Shown: positions 1 through 9,181, counted from the first letter of the stretch. The stretch: DNA of 36,531 bases from Paracoccaceae bacterium (GCA_040383215.1 JBEIDZ010000001.1:1-36531), one strand, 5' to 3'. The notes: generated by a model not told the origin, from the letters alone. Numbers and translations are program-made.

Positions 1-417
1 ATCATGGTGCTGGCCGTGGTCGACATCTGGCAATGTACGCCCTTTGTCACGCTTCTGATGCTGGCCGGGTTGCAGGGCCTGCCGCAGGAGGTCTTCGAGG
101 CGGCGAAGGTCGACGACATCGGGCCGTGGCGGCGGTTCTGGGGGATCACCTTCCCGATGCTTCTGCCGCTGTCGGTGGCGGTGGTGTTCATCCGGCTGAT
201 CGAGGGGTTCAAGATCATCGACACGGTCTTTGTGCTGACCGGCGGCGGCCCCGGCACGGCGACCGAGACGCTGACGCTGTTCGCCTATAACGAGGGGTTC
301 AAGAAGTTCAACCTCGGGCTGACCTCGGCGCTGTCCTTCATGTTCCTGTTTGTCGTCATCATCTTCGGCACGCTCTACCTCGCCGCGGCGGCGCGGCTGA
401 CGCGGAGGTATGCATGA
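1..417 (+). CDS. ABC importer permease, MalF/UgpA-type (C-terminal part; 5' end outside window)
   Basis: Reading frame is open from nt 1. Hydrophobic TM segments and EAA-loop motif EAAKVDDIGPWRRFWGITFPMLLP. TGA overlaps the next start (ATGA at 414-417). Confidence 0.9.
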   Translation: MMVLAVVDIWQCTPFVTLLMLAGLQGLPQEVFEAAKVDDIGPWRRFWGITFPMLLPLSVAVVFIRLIEGFKIIDTVFVLTGGGPGTATETLTLFAYNEGFKKFNLGLTSALSFMFLFVVIIFGTLYLAAAARLTRRYA

Positions 418-1433
418 CCGAGCATCCGATGCTGCGCCATGCGGGGCTGGTGCTGTGCCTTGTCTGGCTCTTCTTTGCGGCCTTCCCGCTTTACTGGGTT
501 GCGGTCACAGCGTTCAAGCCGCCGCTCGCGGTGTCGCAGGGGTCGACCTACATCCCCTTTGTCGATTTCCAGCCGACGTTGCAGGCCTTCCGCGATGCCT
601 TTGCGGGGCTGAGGGGGGATTTCTGGGGCCCGATCGTGAGTTCGGTGCTGATTGCACTGACGGCGACGGTGCTGTCGGTGTTCCTGGGCACGATGGCGGC
701 CTATGCGCTGGTGCGCTTCCGCTTCCGCATCCGGCTGGCATCGGGGATCGCCTTCGCGGCGATTTCCATCGGGGGTTTCGTGCTGCTTGACGTCCATACT
801 GCGCTGCGCGTGCCTTACGCGCTGGCGATCGTGCTGGTCGTGGCGCTGGCGGCGGCAGTCTGGCTCAACGGGCGGGCGCTGCCGGGGCCGGTGCTGGGCA
901 ATGACGACATCACCTTCTGGTTCGTGTCGCAGCGGATCTTTCCGCCCATCGTGTCGGCCTTTGCGATCTATCTCCTCTATGCCGAGATGGGAAAGATCGG
1001 GCTCCCCTTGCTTGATACCTTCGGGGGGATGGTGCTGGTCTATACCGCCTTCGGCCTGCCCTTCGCGGTCTGGCTCATGCGGGATTTCCTGTCGACCGTC
1101 CCGCTCGAGGTCGAGGAGGCGGCGCTGGTCGACGATATCGGGCGGCTGCGCATCTTTTTCCAGATCGTGCTGCCGATGGCGATGCCGGGGCTGATCGCGA
1201 CATCGATGATCGTGCTGGCCTTCGTCTGGAACAAATTCCTGTTCGCGCTTCTGCTGACCACCGGCGACTGGCAGACCCTGCCCATCCTGCTTGCGGGGCA
1301 GAATTCCAGCCGGGGCGACGAATGGTGGGCGATCTCGGTCGCTGCGCTGATCTCGATCGCGCCGATGGTGGTGGTGGCGACGATCCTTGGCCGGATGATG
1401 CGGTCCGGCCTTCTTTCAGGCTCCATCAAGTGA
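414..1433 (+). CDS. ABC importer permease, MalG/UgpE-type (339 aa, with an extra ~60-aa hydrophobic insertion)
   Basis: ATG 414 is coupled to the upstream stop. EAA loop EEAALVDDIGRLRIFFQIVLPMAMPG and multiple TM helices. Lies between permease 1 and the binding-protein gene. Confidence 0.9.
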   Translation: MTEHPMLRHAGLVLCLVWLFFAAFPLYWVAVTAFKPPLAVSQGSTYIPFVDFQPTLQAFRDAFAGLRGDFWGPIVSSVLIALTATVLSVFLGTMAAYALVRFRFRIRLASGIAFAAISIGGFVLLDVHTALRVPYALAIVLVVALAAAVWLNGRALPGPVLGNDDITFWFVSQRIFPPIVSAFAIYLLYAEMGKIGLPLLDTFGGMVLVYTAFGLPFAVWLMRDFLSTVPLEVEEAALVDDIGRLRIFFQIVLPMAMPGLIATSMIVLAFVWNKFLFALLLTTGDWQTLPILLAGQNSSRGDEWWAISVAALISIAPMVVVATILGRMMRSGLLSGSIK

Positions 1434-1453
1434 ACTTCATCAGGGAGGAAACC

Positions 1454-2893
1454 ATGAAGAGACTTCTTGCGACCGTGGCCCTGTTGCCCCTGGGCGGCAT
1501 GGCGGCGGCACAGTGTGCGCCAGACTTTACCGGCGTCACGCTGAACGTGTCGACCCAGAACGGACCGGCCATTGCCAGCGCGCTGGCGGCGGCGGCCGAG
1601 GTCTGGGAGGCCAGGACCTGCGGCGAGGTGAACGTGATCGAGTTCCCCTTCGGCGAGCTTTACCCGAAGTTCCTGACGGCGATGTCGCAGCAGACCGGCG
1701 ATTTCGACGTAATCGGCTTTGTCCCGGCCTGGCTGCCGGACTTCTCTCCGTTCCTGTCGACGATGCCGGCCGCGCTGCAGGAAGGGTCGAACTGGGACGA
1801 CATCCACCCGACCTATCGCGAACGGCTGATGGTCTGGGACGGCGAGGTGAAGTCGGCCACGATGGACGGCGACATGCACATGCTGAACCTGCGCGCCGAT
1901 CTTCTGGACAATCCCGACGAACAGGCAGCGTTCCAGGCGAAATACGGCTATGCGCTGGCCGCGCCGGTGACCTGGGCGCAGTACCGCGACCAGGCCGAGT
2001 TCTTTACCCGGCCCGACGCGGGCATGTACGGCACCGCCGAGGCCTATCGCCGGGGCGGCCAGCAGTTCTGGTACTTCTTCAGCCATGCGGCGAGCTATAC
2101 CAACAACCCCAACAACCCCGGCTCGATGTTCTTCGACCCCGAGACGATGGATGCCCAGATCAACAATCCGGGCTGGCTGCGCGCGCTCGAGGAATACAAG
2201 GACTATCTCCAGTTCAACCCGCCCGGCGCGCTCAACAACGGGTCGGGCGACGTGCGGCCGCTTTATGCCGGCGGCACCGTGGCGATGAACGTGGACTGGG
2301 CGGATTCGGGTGTTCTGGGCTCGACCGAGGGCGCGATCGACGGGCATGTGCGCACCGCGATGCTGCCGGGGTCGACCGAGATCTGGAACCACAAGACGGG
2401 TGCCTGGGATACCTTCCCGGAGGTCGTGCATTCGCCGTTCCTGGCCTTCGGCGGCTGGCAGCTTGGCGTGCCGGCCGACAGCAAGAACCAGGAGGCCGCC
2501 TGGGATTTCGTCTCCACCGTGATCAGCCCGGAAGTGTCGGGCACGGCCATCGTGACGGCCAACTCGGGCGTGAACCCCTACCGGTTCAGCCATTACGACA
2601 ACCTCGACGCCTGGGCCTCGATCTTCTCGGCCGAGGAGGCGGCGTCCTATCTGGGCGCGCAGCGCGCTTCGCTCGATGCGCCGAACGTGGCGCTGGACCT
2701 GCGGCTGCCGGGCTTCTTCTCCTACACGGAAGTGCTGGAGATCGAGCTGAGCAAGGCGCTGGCCGGCGAGGTCGAACCGCAGGCCGCGCTTGACGCGATC
2801 GCGGCAGAGTGGAACCGGCTGACCGACGAATTCGGCCGCGACACCCAGCTTGCGGCCTATCGCGCCTCGGTCGGGCTGCCGCCGCTGCAGTGA
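1454..2893 (+). CDS. ABC transporter periplasmic substrate-binding protein (carbohydrate-type)
   Basis: ORF track gives 1322..2893. I place the start at ATG 1454 because GGGAGGA lies at 1443-1449 and a signal peptide follows (MKRLLATVALLPLGGMAAAQ). 479 aa, soluble aromatic-rich composition, operon context. Confidence 0.85.
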   Translation: MKRLLATVALLPLGGMAAAQCAPDFTGVTLNVSTQNGPAIASALAAAAEVWEARTCGEVNVIEFPFGELYPKFLTAMSQQTGDFDVIGFVPAWLPDFSPFLSTMPAALQEGSNWDDIHPTYRERLMVWDGEVKSATMDGDMHMLNLRADLLDNPDEQAAFQAKYGYALAAPVTWAQYRDQAEFFTRPDAGMYGTAEAYRRGGQQFWYFFSHAASYTNNPNNPGSMFFDPETMDAQINNPGWLRALEEYKDYLQFNPPGALNNGSGDVRPLYAGGTVAMNVDWADSGVLGSTEGAIDGHVRTAMLPGSTEIWNHKTGAWDTFPEVVHSPFLAFGGWQLGVPADSKNQEAAWDFVSTVISPEVSGTAIVTANSGVNPYRFSHYDNLDAWASIFSAEEAASYLGAQRASLDAPNVALDLRLPGFFSYTEVLEIELSKALAGEVEPQAALDAIAAEWNRLTDEFGRDTQLAAYRASVGLPPLQ

Positions 2894-2896
2894 GCC

Positions 2897-2923
2897 CTTG
2901 CCGGGGCCAAGGCTTCCGGCAAG
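2897..2923 (+). other. Intercistronic stem-loop after the binding-protein gene (8-bp perfect stem, 11-nt loop)
   Basis: Read directly: cttgccgg-ggccaaggctt-ccggcaag, starting 4 nt after the TGA at 2891-2893. No U-tract follows, so a transcript-stabilising or attenuating hairpin is more likely than a full terminator. Confidence 0.4.
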
Positions 2924-2982
2924 ATGACAACCCGCGCCCTCCGGCCCCGTGCCGGGGGGCGCATGTCGCAGGGGACCGACGC

Positions 2983-4044
2983 ATGGCTCATGTCGAACTC
3001 GACGGGATCACCAAGTCCTTTGGCGCGGTGAACGTGCTGTCGCCGCTCACGCTTGCGATCGAGAAGGGGGAATTCGTCGTGCTGGTCGGCCCGTCGGGCT
3101 GCGGCAAGACGACGACACTGCGCATTCTGGCTGGGCTCGAGACGGCGACATCGGGGCGCGTGCGCATCGGCGGGCGCGACGTGACCGGGGCCCGCCCGGG
3201 AGAGCGCGACATCGCGATGGTGTTCCAGAACTACGCGCTTTATCCGCACATGACGGTGCGCCAGAACATCGGCTATGCGATGAAGGTGCATGGCCGGCCC
3301 GCGGCCGAGATCGAGGCGCGCGTGACCGAGGCGGCGCGGCTTCTGGCGCTTGACCCCTATCTTGACCGCAAGCCCAGGAACCTGTCGGGCGGGCAGCGGC
3401 AGCGGGTCGCAATCGGACGCGCGCTGGTGCGACAGCCGCAGGCCTTTCTCTTCGACGAGCCGCTGTCGAACCTGGACGCCAAGCTGCGGGTCGAGATGCG
3501 CACCGAGATCAAGCTCTTGCAGCGCCGGCTGGGCACCACGGCGGTCTATGTCACCCATGACCAGATCGAGGCGATGACCATGGCCGACCGGGTCGTCGTC
3601 ATGAATGCCGGCCGGATCGAGCAGGTGGCCGATCCGATCACGCTTTACGAACGTCCCGTGAACCGGTTCGTGGCCAATTTCATCGGCAGTCCGGCGATGA
3701 ACTTTCTGGACGGCGCCATTGCCGGGGGCGCGGTGGTGCTGGGCGGACAGCGCCTGCCGCTGCCGCCGGCCGAGGTGGCGCGGCTGGGCGAACGCGCATC
3801 GGTGGTCTTTGGCATCCGCCCCGAACACATGCGCCATTCCGCCCACGAGGCGAGCCTGACGCTGATCCCCGAAGCGATCGAGCCCCTGGGCGCGCATACG
3901 CTGCTTCTGGGCCGGGCCGAGGGGCAGCGGGTGACGGCCGAGGTCGATCCGCGCTTTCCGGCGGCGGTGGGCCAGCCGGCGGCCGTCACGGTGGACATGA
4001 CGCAGGCGCATTTCTTCGACCCCGCGACCGGGGCGCGCCTGTGA
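2983..4044 (+). CDS. ABC transporter ATP-binding protein (MalK/UgpC-type, with C-terminal regulatory/TOBE-like extension)
   Basis: ORF track gives 2809..4044. Start placed at ATG 2983 (MAHVELDGITKSFG). Walker A GPSGCGKTT, signature LSGGQRQRVAIGRAL, Walker B FLFDEPLSNLD, H-loop VTHDQ. Confidence 0.95.
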   Translation: MAHVELDGITKSFGAVNVLSPLTLAIEKGEFVVLVGPSGCGKTTTLRILAGLETATSGRVRIGGRDVTGARPGERDIAMVFQNYALYPHMTVRQNIGYAMKVHGRPAAEIEARVTEAARLLALDPYLDRKPRNLSGGQRQRVAIGRALVRQPQAFLFDEPLSNLDAKLRVEMRTEIKLLQRRLGTTAVYVTHDQIEAMTMADRVVVMNAGRIEQVADPITLYERPVNRFVANFIGSPAMNFLDGAIAGGAVVLGGQRLPLPPAEVARLGERASVVFGIRPEHMRHSAHEASLTLIPEAIEPLGAHTLLLGRAEGQRVTAEVDPRFPAAVGQPAAVTVDMTQAHFFDPATGARL

Positions 4045-5530
4045 GGCGAGACCTTTTTCTGGCGATCGACGTCGGTACCGGAAGCTGCCGCGCCGCACTG
4101 GTCGACGCCGGGGGACGGATCCATTCCATCGCGCACCACGAACACGACCAGATCGTGCCGCGGCACGGCTGGTCCGAACAGCGCCCCGCCGCATGGTGGG
4201 AGGGCACGGTCGCGAGCATCCGCGCCGTGCTGGCTGAGGTGCCGGGGGCTGCGGACCGGGTCGCCTCGATCTGTGCCTGCGGGCAGATGCATGGCGCGGT
4301 GCTGGCCGATGCCGAGGGGCGGCTCACGCGCGAGACGGCGCCGCTCTGGAACGACAAGCGCACGGGGCCGCAGGTGGAGCGCTTCACTGCCGCCGCCGAG
4401 GCGCTTGCCCTGACCGCCAATGCCCCTGCCCCGGCCTGGCCGGCCTTCAAGCTGCAATGGCTGATGGAGCATGACGCGCCGGCGGTCGAGAGGGCGGCGC
4501 ATCTTCTGATGCCCAAGGACTGGATCAACCTGAACCTGACAGGCCGGGTCGCGCAGGACATCACCGAGGCGTCGCTGAGCTATCTGATGGACTGGCAGAG
4601 GCGCGACTGGTCGCCCGGATGATCGCGCTGACAGGCGTTCCCGGGCGGCTCTTGCCCAGCTTGCGTGCGCCGGGCGAGGTTCTGGGCCCGCTGACGCCGG
4701 GGGCGGCGGCGCTGACCGGGCTCCCGGCGGGTTTGCCGGTGCTGGTGGGCGCGGGGGATTATCCGATGGCGCTGCTCGGGTCAGGCGTGCTTGCCCCGGG
4801 GACGGGTTCGGATGTCACCGGGACATCGACCATCGTGACGCTGATCCAGCCCGCCCCGGTCCTGGCCGAGGGGGTGTCAAACGTGCTCTCGGCGGCGGGG
4901 GAATGGGGCAGCTTCACGCTGCTTGATGCCGGGGGGGATGCGGTGCGCTGGGCGCGGCGGGCGTTTCACGACAATGCGCTGTCCTATGCCGAGGTCGATG
5001 CGGCGGCGGCGCGGTCGGTGCCGGGGGCGCGCGGGCTGTTCTTCCTGCCCTATCTGTCGGGCGAGCGGTTCGGGGCGCATCGCAATTCGCGCGCGCAGTT
5101 CTTTGGCCTGACGGCGGCGCATGGCCTGCCCGACCTGCACCGCGCCGTGCTCGAAGGTGTGGCGGCCTCGGTCCGGCTCGAGCTTGACCGGCTGCAGGGC
5201 GGGCATGGCCGGCCCGAACGGATCATCGCGGCATCGGGCGGGGCGAAGTCGGCGCTGTGGCTCGGCATCAAGGCGGCGATGTACCGCACGCCCTATGTGG
5301 TGGCCGAAGAGCCGGAATCGGGCGTGATCGGCGCAGGCATCCTGATGGCGGTGGCCACGGGGGCCGCGGCGGACATGGGCGCGGCGGTGGCGCGGATGGT
5401 GCGCCACGGGGCCGAGATCGCGCCCGACCCGGCCGCCGCAGACCGCTATGACGCGATGATGCCGGTCTTTGCCGATCTTTACCGCGCCGCGCAGCCCTTC
5501 TACGACCGGCTTGACCGGCTGGCGATGTGA
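4041..5530 (+). pseudogene. FGGY-family carbohydrate kinase split by a 1-nt frameshift into ORFs 4041..4622 and 4619..5530
   Basis: First ORF starts at GTG 4041 (overlapping the ATPase stop) and carries the FGGY N-terminal motif LAIDVGTGSCRAALVD. Second ORF carries the C-terminal half (GTSTIV, YLSGERFG, SGGAKSALW). 193+303 aa equals one normal FGGY kinase. The frame changes at tgg tcg ccc gga TGA / ATG atc gcg ctg. Confidence 0.8.
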
Positions 5531-5572
5531 GGCGGCGATGAGCGGACAGTCTTGTTGCAGGCGGGGGCCGTG

Positions 5573-6187
5573 ATGGCGCGGCACTGGCGGCCGGTGCTTG
5601 AGGTCGCGGACCCGGGGGCGGCGCTGGACTGGTTTGCGGCCGTGCCGGGGATGCGGGCCGACCCCGCGCGGGGCGAGGCGGTCTGCGGTGATCTGCGCAT
5701 CGCGGTGGTCGCGCCGGGCGCGCGCCTTGTGGGCCAGCGCGCGATGGCGGTCGATCATCTCGCGCTGGCTGCGGGGGATGTCGACGGGCTGGCCGCGCGG
5801 CTACTGGCGGCGGGGGCGCGCTGGGACGCGCGCTTCACCCCCGATGGCCCGCGCGAGATTGCGGCGTTCTGGCAGACCGGCGTGCGCTTTGCCTTTGTCC
5901 GCGGACCAGGGGATGTGGCGGTGGAATTCTGCGCGCGGCGCGGGGCGGCGGGGCCGGCGGAGGCGCTGGGGCTTGACCATATCGGGCTGCGCCGGGCCGA
6001 TCTGCCGGGGGAGGCGGCGACGCTCGCGGCTGAGGGCGCGACGGAGGTCGCGCGGCACCTACTGCCCGGGACGCCGCCCGTGGCGGTGCGGTTCCTGCGG
6101 GAACACAACATCCTCTGGGAGGTCTTTGACGAACCCGCCCCGCCGGGGATGGAGACGCCGGGCCGCTGGGCGGGCGTGGTGCCCTGA
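5573..6187 (+). CDS. VOC (glyoxalase/bleomycin-resistance/dioxygenase) fold protein, two-module
   Basis: Two repeats of the VOC-like pattern (MAVDHLALAAGDVDGL... and LGLDHIGLRRADLPGE...). Start is ambiguous: TTG 5552, GTG 5570 or ATG 5573. Family assignment is by motif only. Confidence 0.55.
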   Translation: MARHWRPVLEVADPGAALDWFAAVPGMRADPARGEAVCGDLRIAVVAPGARLVGQRAMAVDHLALAAGDVDGLAARLLAAGARWDARFTPDGPREIAAFWQTGVRFAFVRGPGDVAVEFCARRGAAGPAEALGLDHIGLRRADLPGEAATLAAEGATEVARHLLPGTPPVAVRFLREHNILWEVFDEPAPPGMETPGRWAGVVP

Positions 6188-6300
6188 GCCGGGCCAGGCC
6201 GGGCGCTGGCCTTCCGGCGGGCGTTCTTCGGGCGTGACGGGGATTGCAGGGGGCGGGCTCCCCGGTCAAGGCTGCCGTCAGGATCGGAAGGAGAAACGGG

Positions 6301-6945
6301 ATGGCACGCACGCTCTTGTGTTTCGGGGACAGCAACACCCATGGCAGTCCGCCGATGGACCGCATCGGAGAGCCCTACCGGCGGTTCGGACCGGATGTCC
6401 GCTGGCCGCAGGTGGCGCTGCGGACGCTCGGGCCGGAGTGGACCCGTGTGGAGGAAGGACTGCCGGGACGGACCGCGCAGTTTGACGACCCGGTCATGGG
6501 GCCGCAGATGAACGGTCAGGTGGGGCTGAAGATCGCGCTGCAAAGCCACGGGCCGATTGACGTGCTGACGATCATGCTGGGGACGAACGATACCAAGGCC
6601 TGTTTCGGTGCCTCGCCCGAGACGATCACGGGGGGGATCGCGGGGCTTCTCAACATCGCGCTGTCGGTCGAGATGCAGGAGCGGCACGGCGGATACCGGG
6701 TGCTGCTGATCTGCCCGCCACCGGTCGAGGAGGCTGGATGCCTGGCCGGCGTCTTCTTTGGCGGGCGGGCGCGGGCGCTGGCGCTGCCGCCGCTTTATCG
6801 GGCGCTGGCCGGGGCGATGGGAACCGGGTTTCTGGATGCGGGCCGGGTGCTGGCCGTCAGCCCGATCGACGGTGTGCACTATGACGGGGCCGGCCATGCC
6901 GCGCTGGGGCGGGCGGTGGCCGGGGCCGTGGCCGGGCTGGTCTGA
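6301..6945 (+). CDS. SGNH/GDSL-family hydrolase (arylesterase/lipase-like)
   Basis: Start placed at ATG 6301 (GGAAGGAGAA upstream). Block I CFGDSNTHG, block III MLGTNDTK, block V DGVHY. Confidence 0.85.
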   Translation: MARTLLCFGDSNTHGSPPMDRIGEPYRRFGPDVRWPQVALRTLGPEWTRVEEGLPGRTAQFDDPVMGPQMNGQVGLKIALQSHGPIDVLTIMLGTNDTKACFGASPETITGGIAGLLNIALSVEMQERHGGYRVLLICPPPVEEAGCLAGVFFGGRARALALPPLYRALAGAMGTGFLDAGRVLAVSPIDGVHYDGAGHAALGRAVAGAVAGLV

Positions 6946-6967
6946 CAGCGGCAGGGGCGCCGCGGGG

Positions 6968-7756
6968 CTAGAGGTCGAAGGTCGCGAAGACCGGCACATG
7001 GTCGGAGGGCTGGTCCCAGCCCCGCACCGGGCGCAGGATGCGGCTGCCATGCGCCGCCCCGGCAATGTCGGGCGTGGCCCAGATGTGGTCGAGCCTGCGG
7101 CCCTTGTCGGCGCTGTCCCAGTCGGGGGCGCGATAGCTCCACCAGGAATAGAGCCGGCCTGCGGGGATGTCCTGGCGCGTGACGTCGACCCAGCGCCCGG
7201 CCTCCTGTGCCGCGCCGAGATGGTCGACCTCGACCGGGGTATGGCTGACGATGCGCAGGAGTTGCCTGTGGTTCCAGACGTCGTCCTCGCGCGGGGCGAT
7301 GTTGAGATCGCCCACGAGGATTGCGCGGTCGGGGCGCGCGGCGCGGAAATGGTCGCGCAGATGGGCAAGGTAGTCGAGCTTCTGGCCGAATTTGGGGTTT
7401 TCGTCGCGGTCGGGGATGTCGCCACCGGCGGGGACATAGCAGTTGTGGATCACCACCCCGCTGTCGAGCCGCGCCGCGACGTGACGGGCATGGCCGAGTG
7501 TGGCAAAATCCTCGGATCCCGCATCGGTCAGCGGCAGTTTCGACAGGATGGCCACGCCGTTATAGCCCTTCTGTCCGCGCGCGACCATGTGCGCATAACC
7601 CAGCGCACGGAAGGACTCGAACGGGATCGCCTCGACCGGGGACTTGCATTCCTGCAGGCAGAGGATGTCGGGCGTCTCTTCCGCCATCAGGCGGGCGACC
7701 AGCCCCTCGCGCAGGCGGACGGAGTTGATGTTCCAGGTGGCAAGCGTGAAAGGCAT
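6968..7756 (-). CDS. xthA: Exodeoxyribonuclease III (AP endonuclease family 1)
   Basis: MPFTLATWNINSVR..., DILCLQECK, GDLNIAP, C-terminal PSDHVPV. 262 aa is typical for Xth. Confidence 0.92.
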   Translation of the reverse strand: MPFTLATWNINSVRLREGLVARLMAEETPDILCLQECKSPVEAIPFESFRALGYAHMVARGQKGYNGVAILSKLPLTDAGSEDFATLGHARHVAARLDSGVVIHNCYVPAGGDIPDRDENPKFGQKLDYLAHLRDHFRAARPDRAILVGDLNIAPREDDVWNHRQLLRIVSHTPVEVDHLGAAQEAGRWVDVTRQDIPAGRLYSWWSYRAPDWDSADKGRRLDHIWATPDIAGAAHGSRILRPVRGWDQPSDHVPVFATFDL

Positions 7757-7854
7757 GAGGTCCGGCTCCGCGGTGGTCGGACAGAGCCTCGGGTGCGGGC
7801 GGGGGAAAGGCGAGGGGGGGCACCACCCCTGACGGAGCGGCGCCGGAGCGCGCG

Positions 7855-8175
7855 TTACTGGAGCGTGTAGCTGGCCAGTTCGCAGATGTTGACGGTGTCG
7901 ACCATTTCCTGGCCGTCCTCCATCACGAACATGATGTCATAGTCGCATTCGGCGCTGCCGTCGGCGATGGTGACGGTGCCGGTGCCGCCGGGTGCGATGA
8001 CGTTGGCACCCAGGATATCGGGTCCCCAGTCATCGGTATTGGCGGGCGAGGTGTAGAATTCCATCAGCGTCAGCGCCGAGTCGTTGTTGAGCTGGTAGGT
8101 CACATCCTGGGCGAGCGCCGGGGCGGCCAGCGCCAGGGCGGCAAGGAGGGAAGCTGAAAGCGGAGCAATCTTCAT
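7855..8175 (-). CDS. Small secreted protein of unknown function (106 aa, Sec signal peptide, conserved Cys pair)
   Basis: ORF track gives 7855..8340. Start placed at ATG 8175 (MKIAPLSASLLAALALAAPALA/QD). The mature part is beta-rich with two Cys (C..YD...C). Confidence 0.7.
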   Translation of the reverse strand: MKIAPLSASLLAALALAAPALAQDVTYQLNNDSALTLMEFYTSPANTDDWGPDILGANVIAPGGTGTVTIADGSAECDYDIMFVMEDGQEMVDTVNICELASYTLQ

Positions 8176-8346
8176 GGTCGGCCTCTGATGGGGAACCGCG
8201 TTCCCGGTGCTGCGCGATCTTGCGCCGTTCGGACATATAGGGGAAACCTCACGAAATCCCTTCGTTATCCGATAGCAGAGACGACTGCGGCGCGCACCTG
8301 CCGGACAAGCCAAGGCGGACCGCAGCGGAACCTTGGGCAAGGCAGC

Positions 8347-9033
8347 TCAGGCATTCAGGCGGTATCCACCCGATTCGGTCACCAGAATGCGGGCATGCGC
8401 GGGATCAGGTTCGATCTTCTGGCGCAGGCGGTATATGTGCGTCTCGAGCGTATGGGTCGTCACGCCGGCATTGTAGCCCCAGACCTCGTGCAGCAGCACG
8501 TCACGCGGGACAACGCCGTCTGCGGCGCGGTAGAGGAACTTCAGGATGTTGGTTTCCTTTTCCGTCAGGCGCACCTTGCGGTCGGACGGGGTGACAAGCA
8601 TCTTCTGCGCCGGCCTGAAGGAGTAGGGGCCAAGCTGGAAGACGGCATCTTCGGATTGTTCATGGCTGCGCAGCTGCGCCCTGATGCGGGCAAGCAGCAC
8701 GGGGAACTTGAAGGGCTTGGTCACATAGTCGTTGGCACCGGCATCGAGCCCGAGGATCGTGTCGCTGTCGCTGTCGTGCCCGGTCAGCATGATGACGGGG
8801 CATTTCACGCCCTGTTTGCGCATCACCCGGCAAAGCTCGCGCCCGTCGGCATCGGGCAGGCCCACATCGAGGATCACGAGATCGTAGAGGCCCGCCTTGG
8901 CCTTCACCAGCGCCTCGTGACCGTCGGCGGCTTCGAAGACGTCGAAATCCTCGGTCATCACAAGCTGTTCGCTCAGCGCCTCGCGCAGATCGTCATCGTC
9001 GTCCACCAGAAGAATCTTCCTGATCTGGGCCAT
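8347..9033 (-). CDS. OmpR/PhoB-family response regulator (receiver + winged-helix DNA-binding domain)
   Basis: Receiver motifs LLVDDDDDLREAL, DLVILDVGLPDADG, VTKPF. Winged helix THTLETHIYRLRQKIE...GGYRL. No cognate kinase in the window. The sequence is not CtrA-like at the N-terminus. Confidence 0.9.
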   Translation of the reverse strand: MAQIRKILLVDDDDDLREALSEQLVMTEDFDVFEAADGHEALVKAKAGLYDLVILDVGLPDADGRELCRVMRKQGVKCPVIMLTGHDSDSDTILGLDAGANDYVTKPFKFPVLLARIRAQLRSHEQSEDAVFQLGPYSFRPAQKMLVTPSDRKVRLTEKETNILKFLYRAADGVVPRDVLLHEVWGYNAGVTTHTLETHIYRLRQKIEPDPAHARILVTESGGYRLNA

Positions 9034-9181
9034 TGCGGGCGTCGCTCCTGCTGTTGCGGGTCATCCTGTCGGATGCTGCCGATGTGGCGGCTTCGGGGGC
9101 TTCTGCCAAGGCGTGCTGCACCGGGCTCACGCCGTCGTGTCGCCGGAACGGGGATTGTTTCAATCCGACGCGCGCAAGGCT

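Noticed and set aside
1040-2593. 517-aa minus-strand ORF antisense to the permease and binding-protein genes
   Set aside because: Arg/Pro/Gly/His-rich junk composition with no motifs. It is a typical long antisense ORF of very GC-rich DNA. The + strand genes have clear ABC-transporter motifs.
4610-4625. Programmed ribosomal frameshift at the FGGY kinase junction
   Set aside because: There is no X-XXY-YYZ slippery heptamer and no prfB-like CUU-UGA context. No obvious downstream pseudoknot either. A simple 1-nt indel explains the junction.
5755-7437. 560-aa minus-strand ORF spanning the VOC, SGNH and xthA regions
   Set aside because: Ser/Pro/Arg/Ala low-complexity translation. It crosses three well-supported genes on both strands, so it is a GC-content artefact.
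8347-9033. Response regulator considered as CtrA, the flagellar master regulator
   Set aside because: Neither the N-terminus nor the recognition helix (THTLETHIYRLRQKIE) resembles CtrA sequences as I recall them. It looks like a different OmpR-family member, possibly CenR-like, which I cannot verify. No symbol assigned.
9034-9181. FMN (RFN) riboswitch upstream of ribA
   Set aside because: I could not find the conserved RFN core segments or the multi-stem architecture, and the region is only ~148 nt. Rfam cmscan would be the decisive test.
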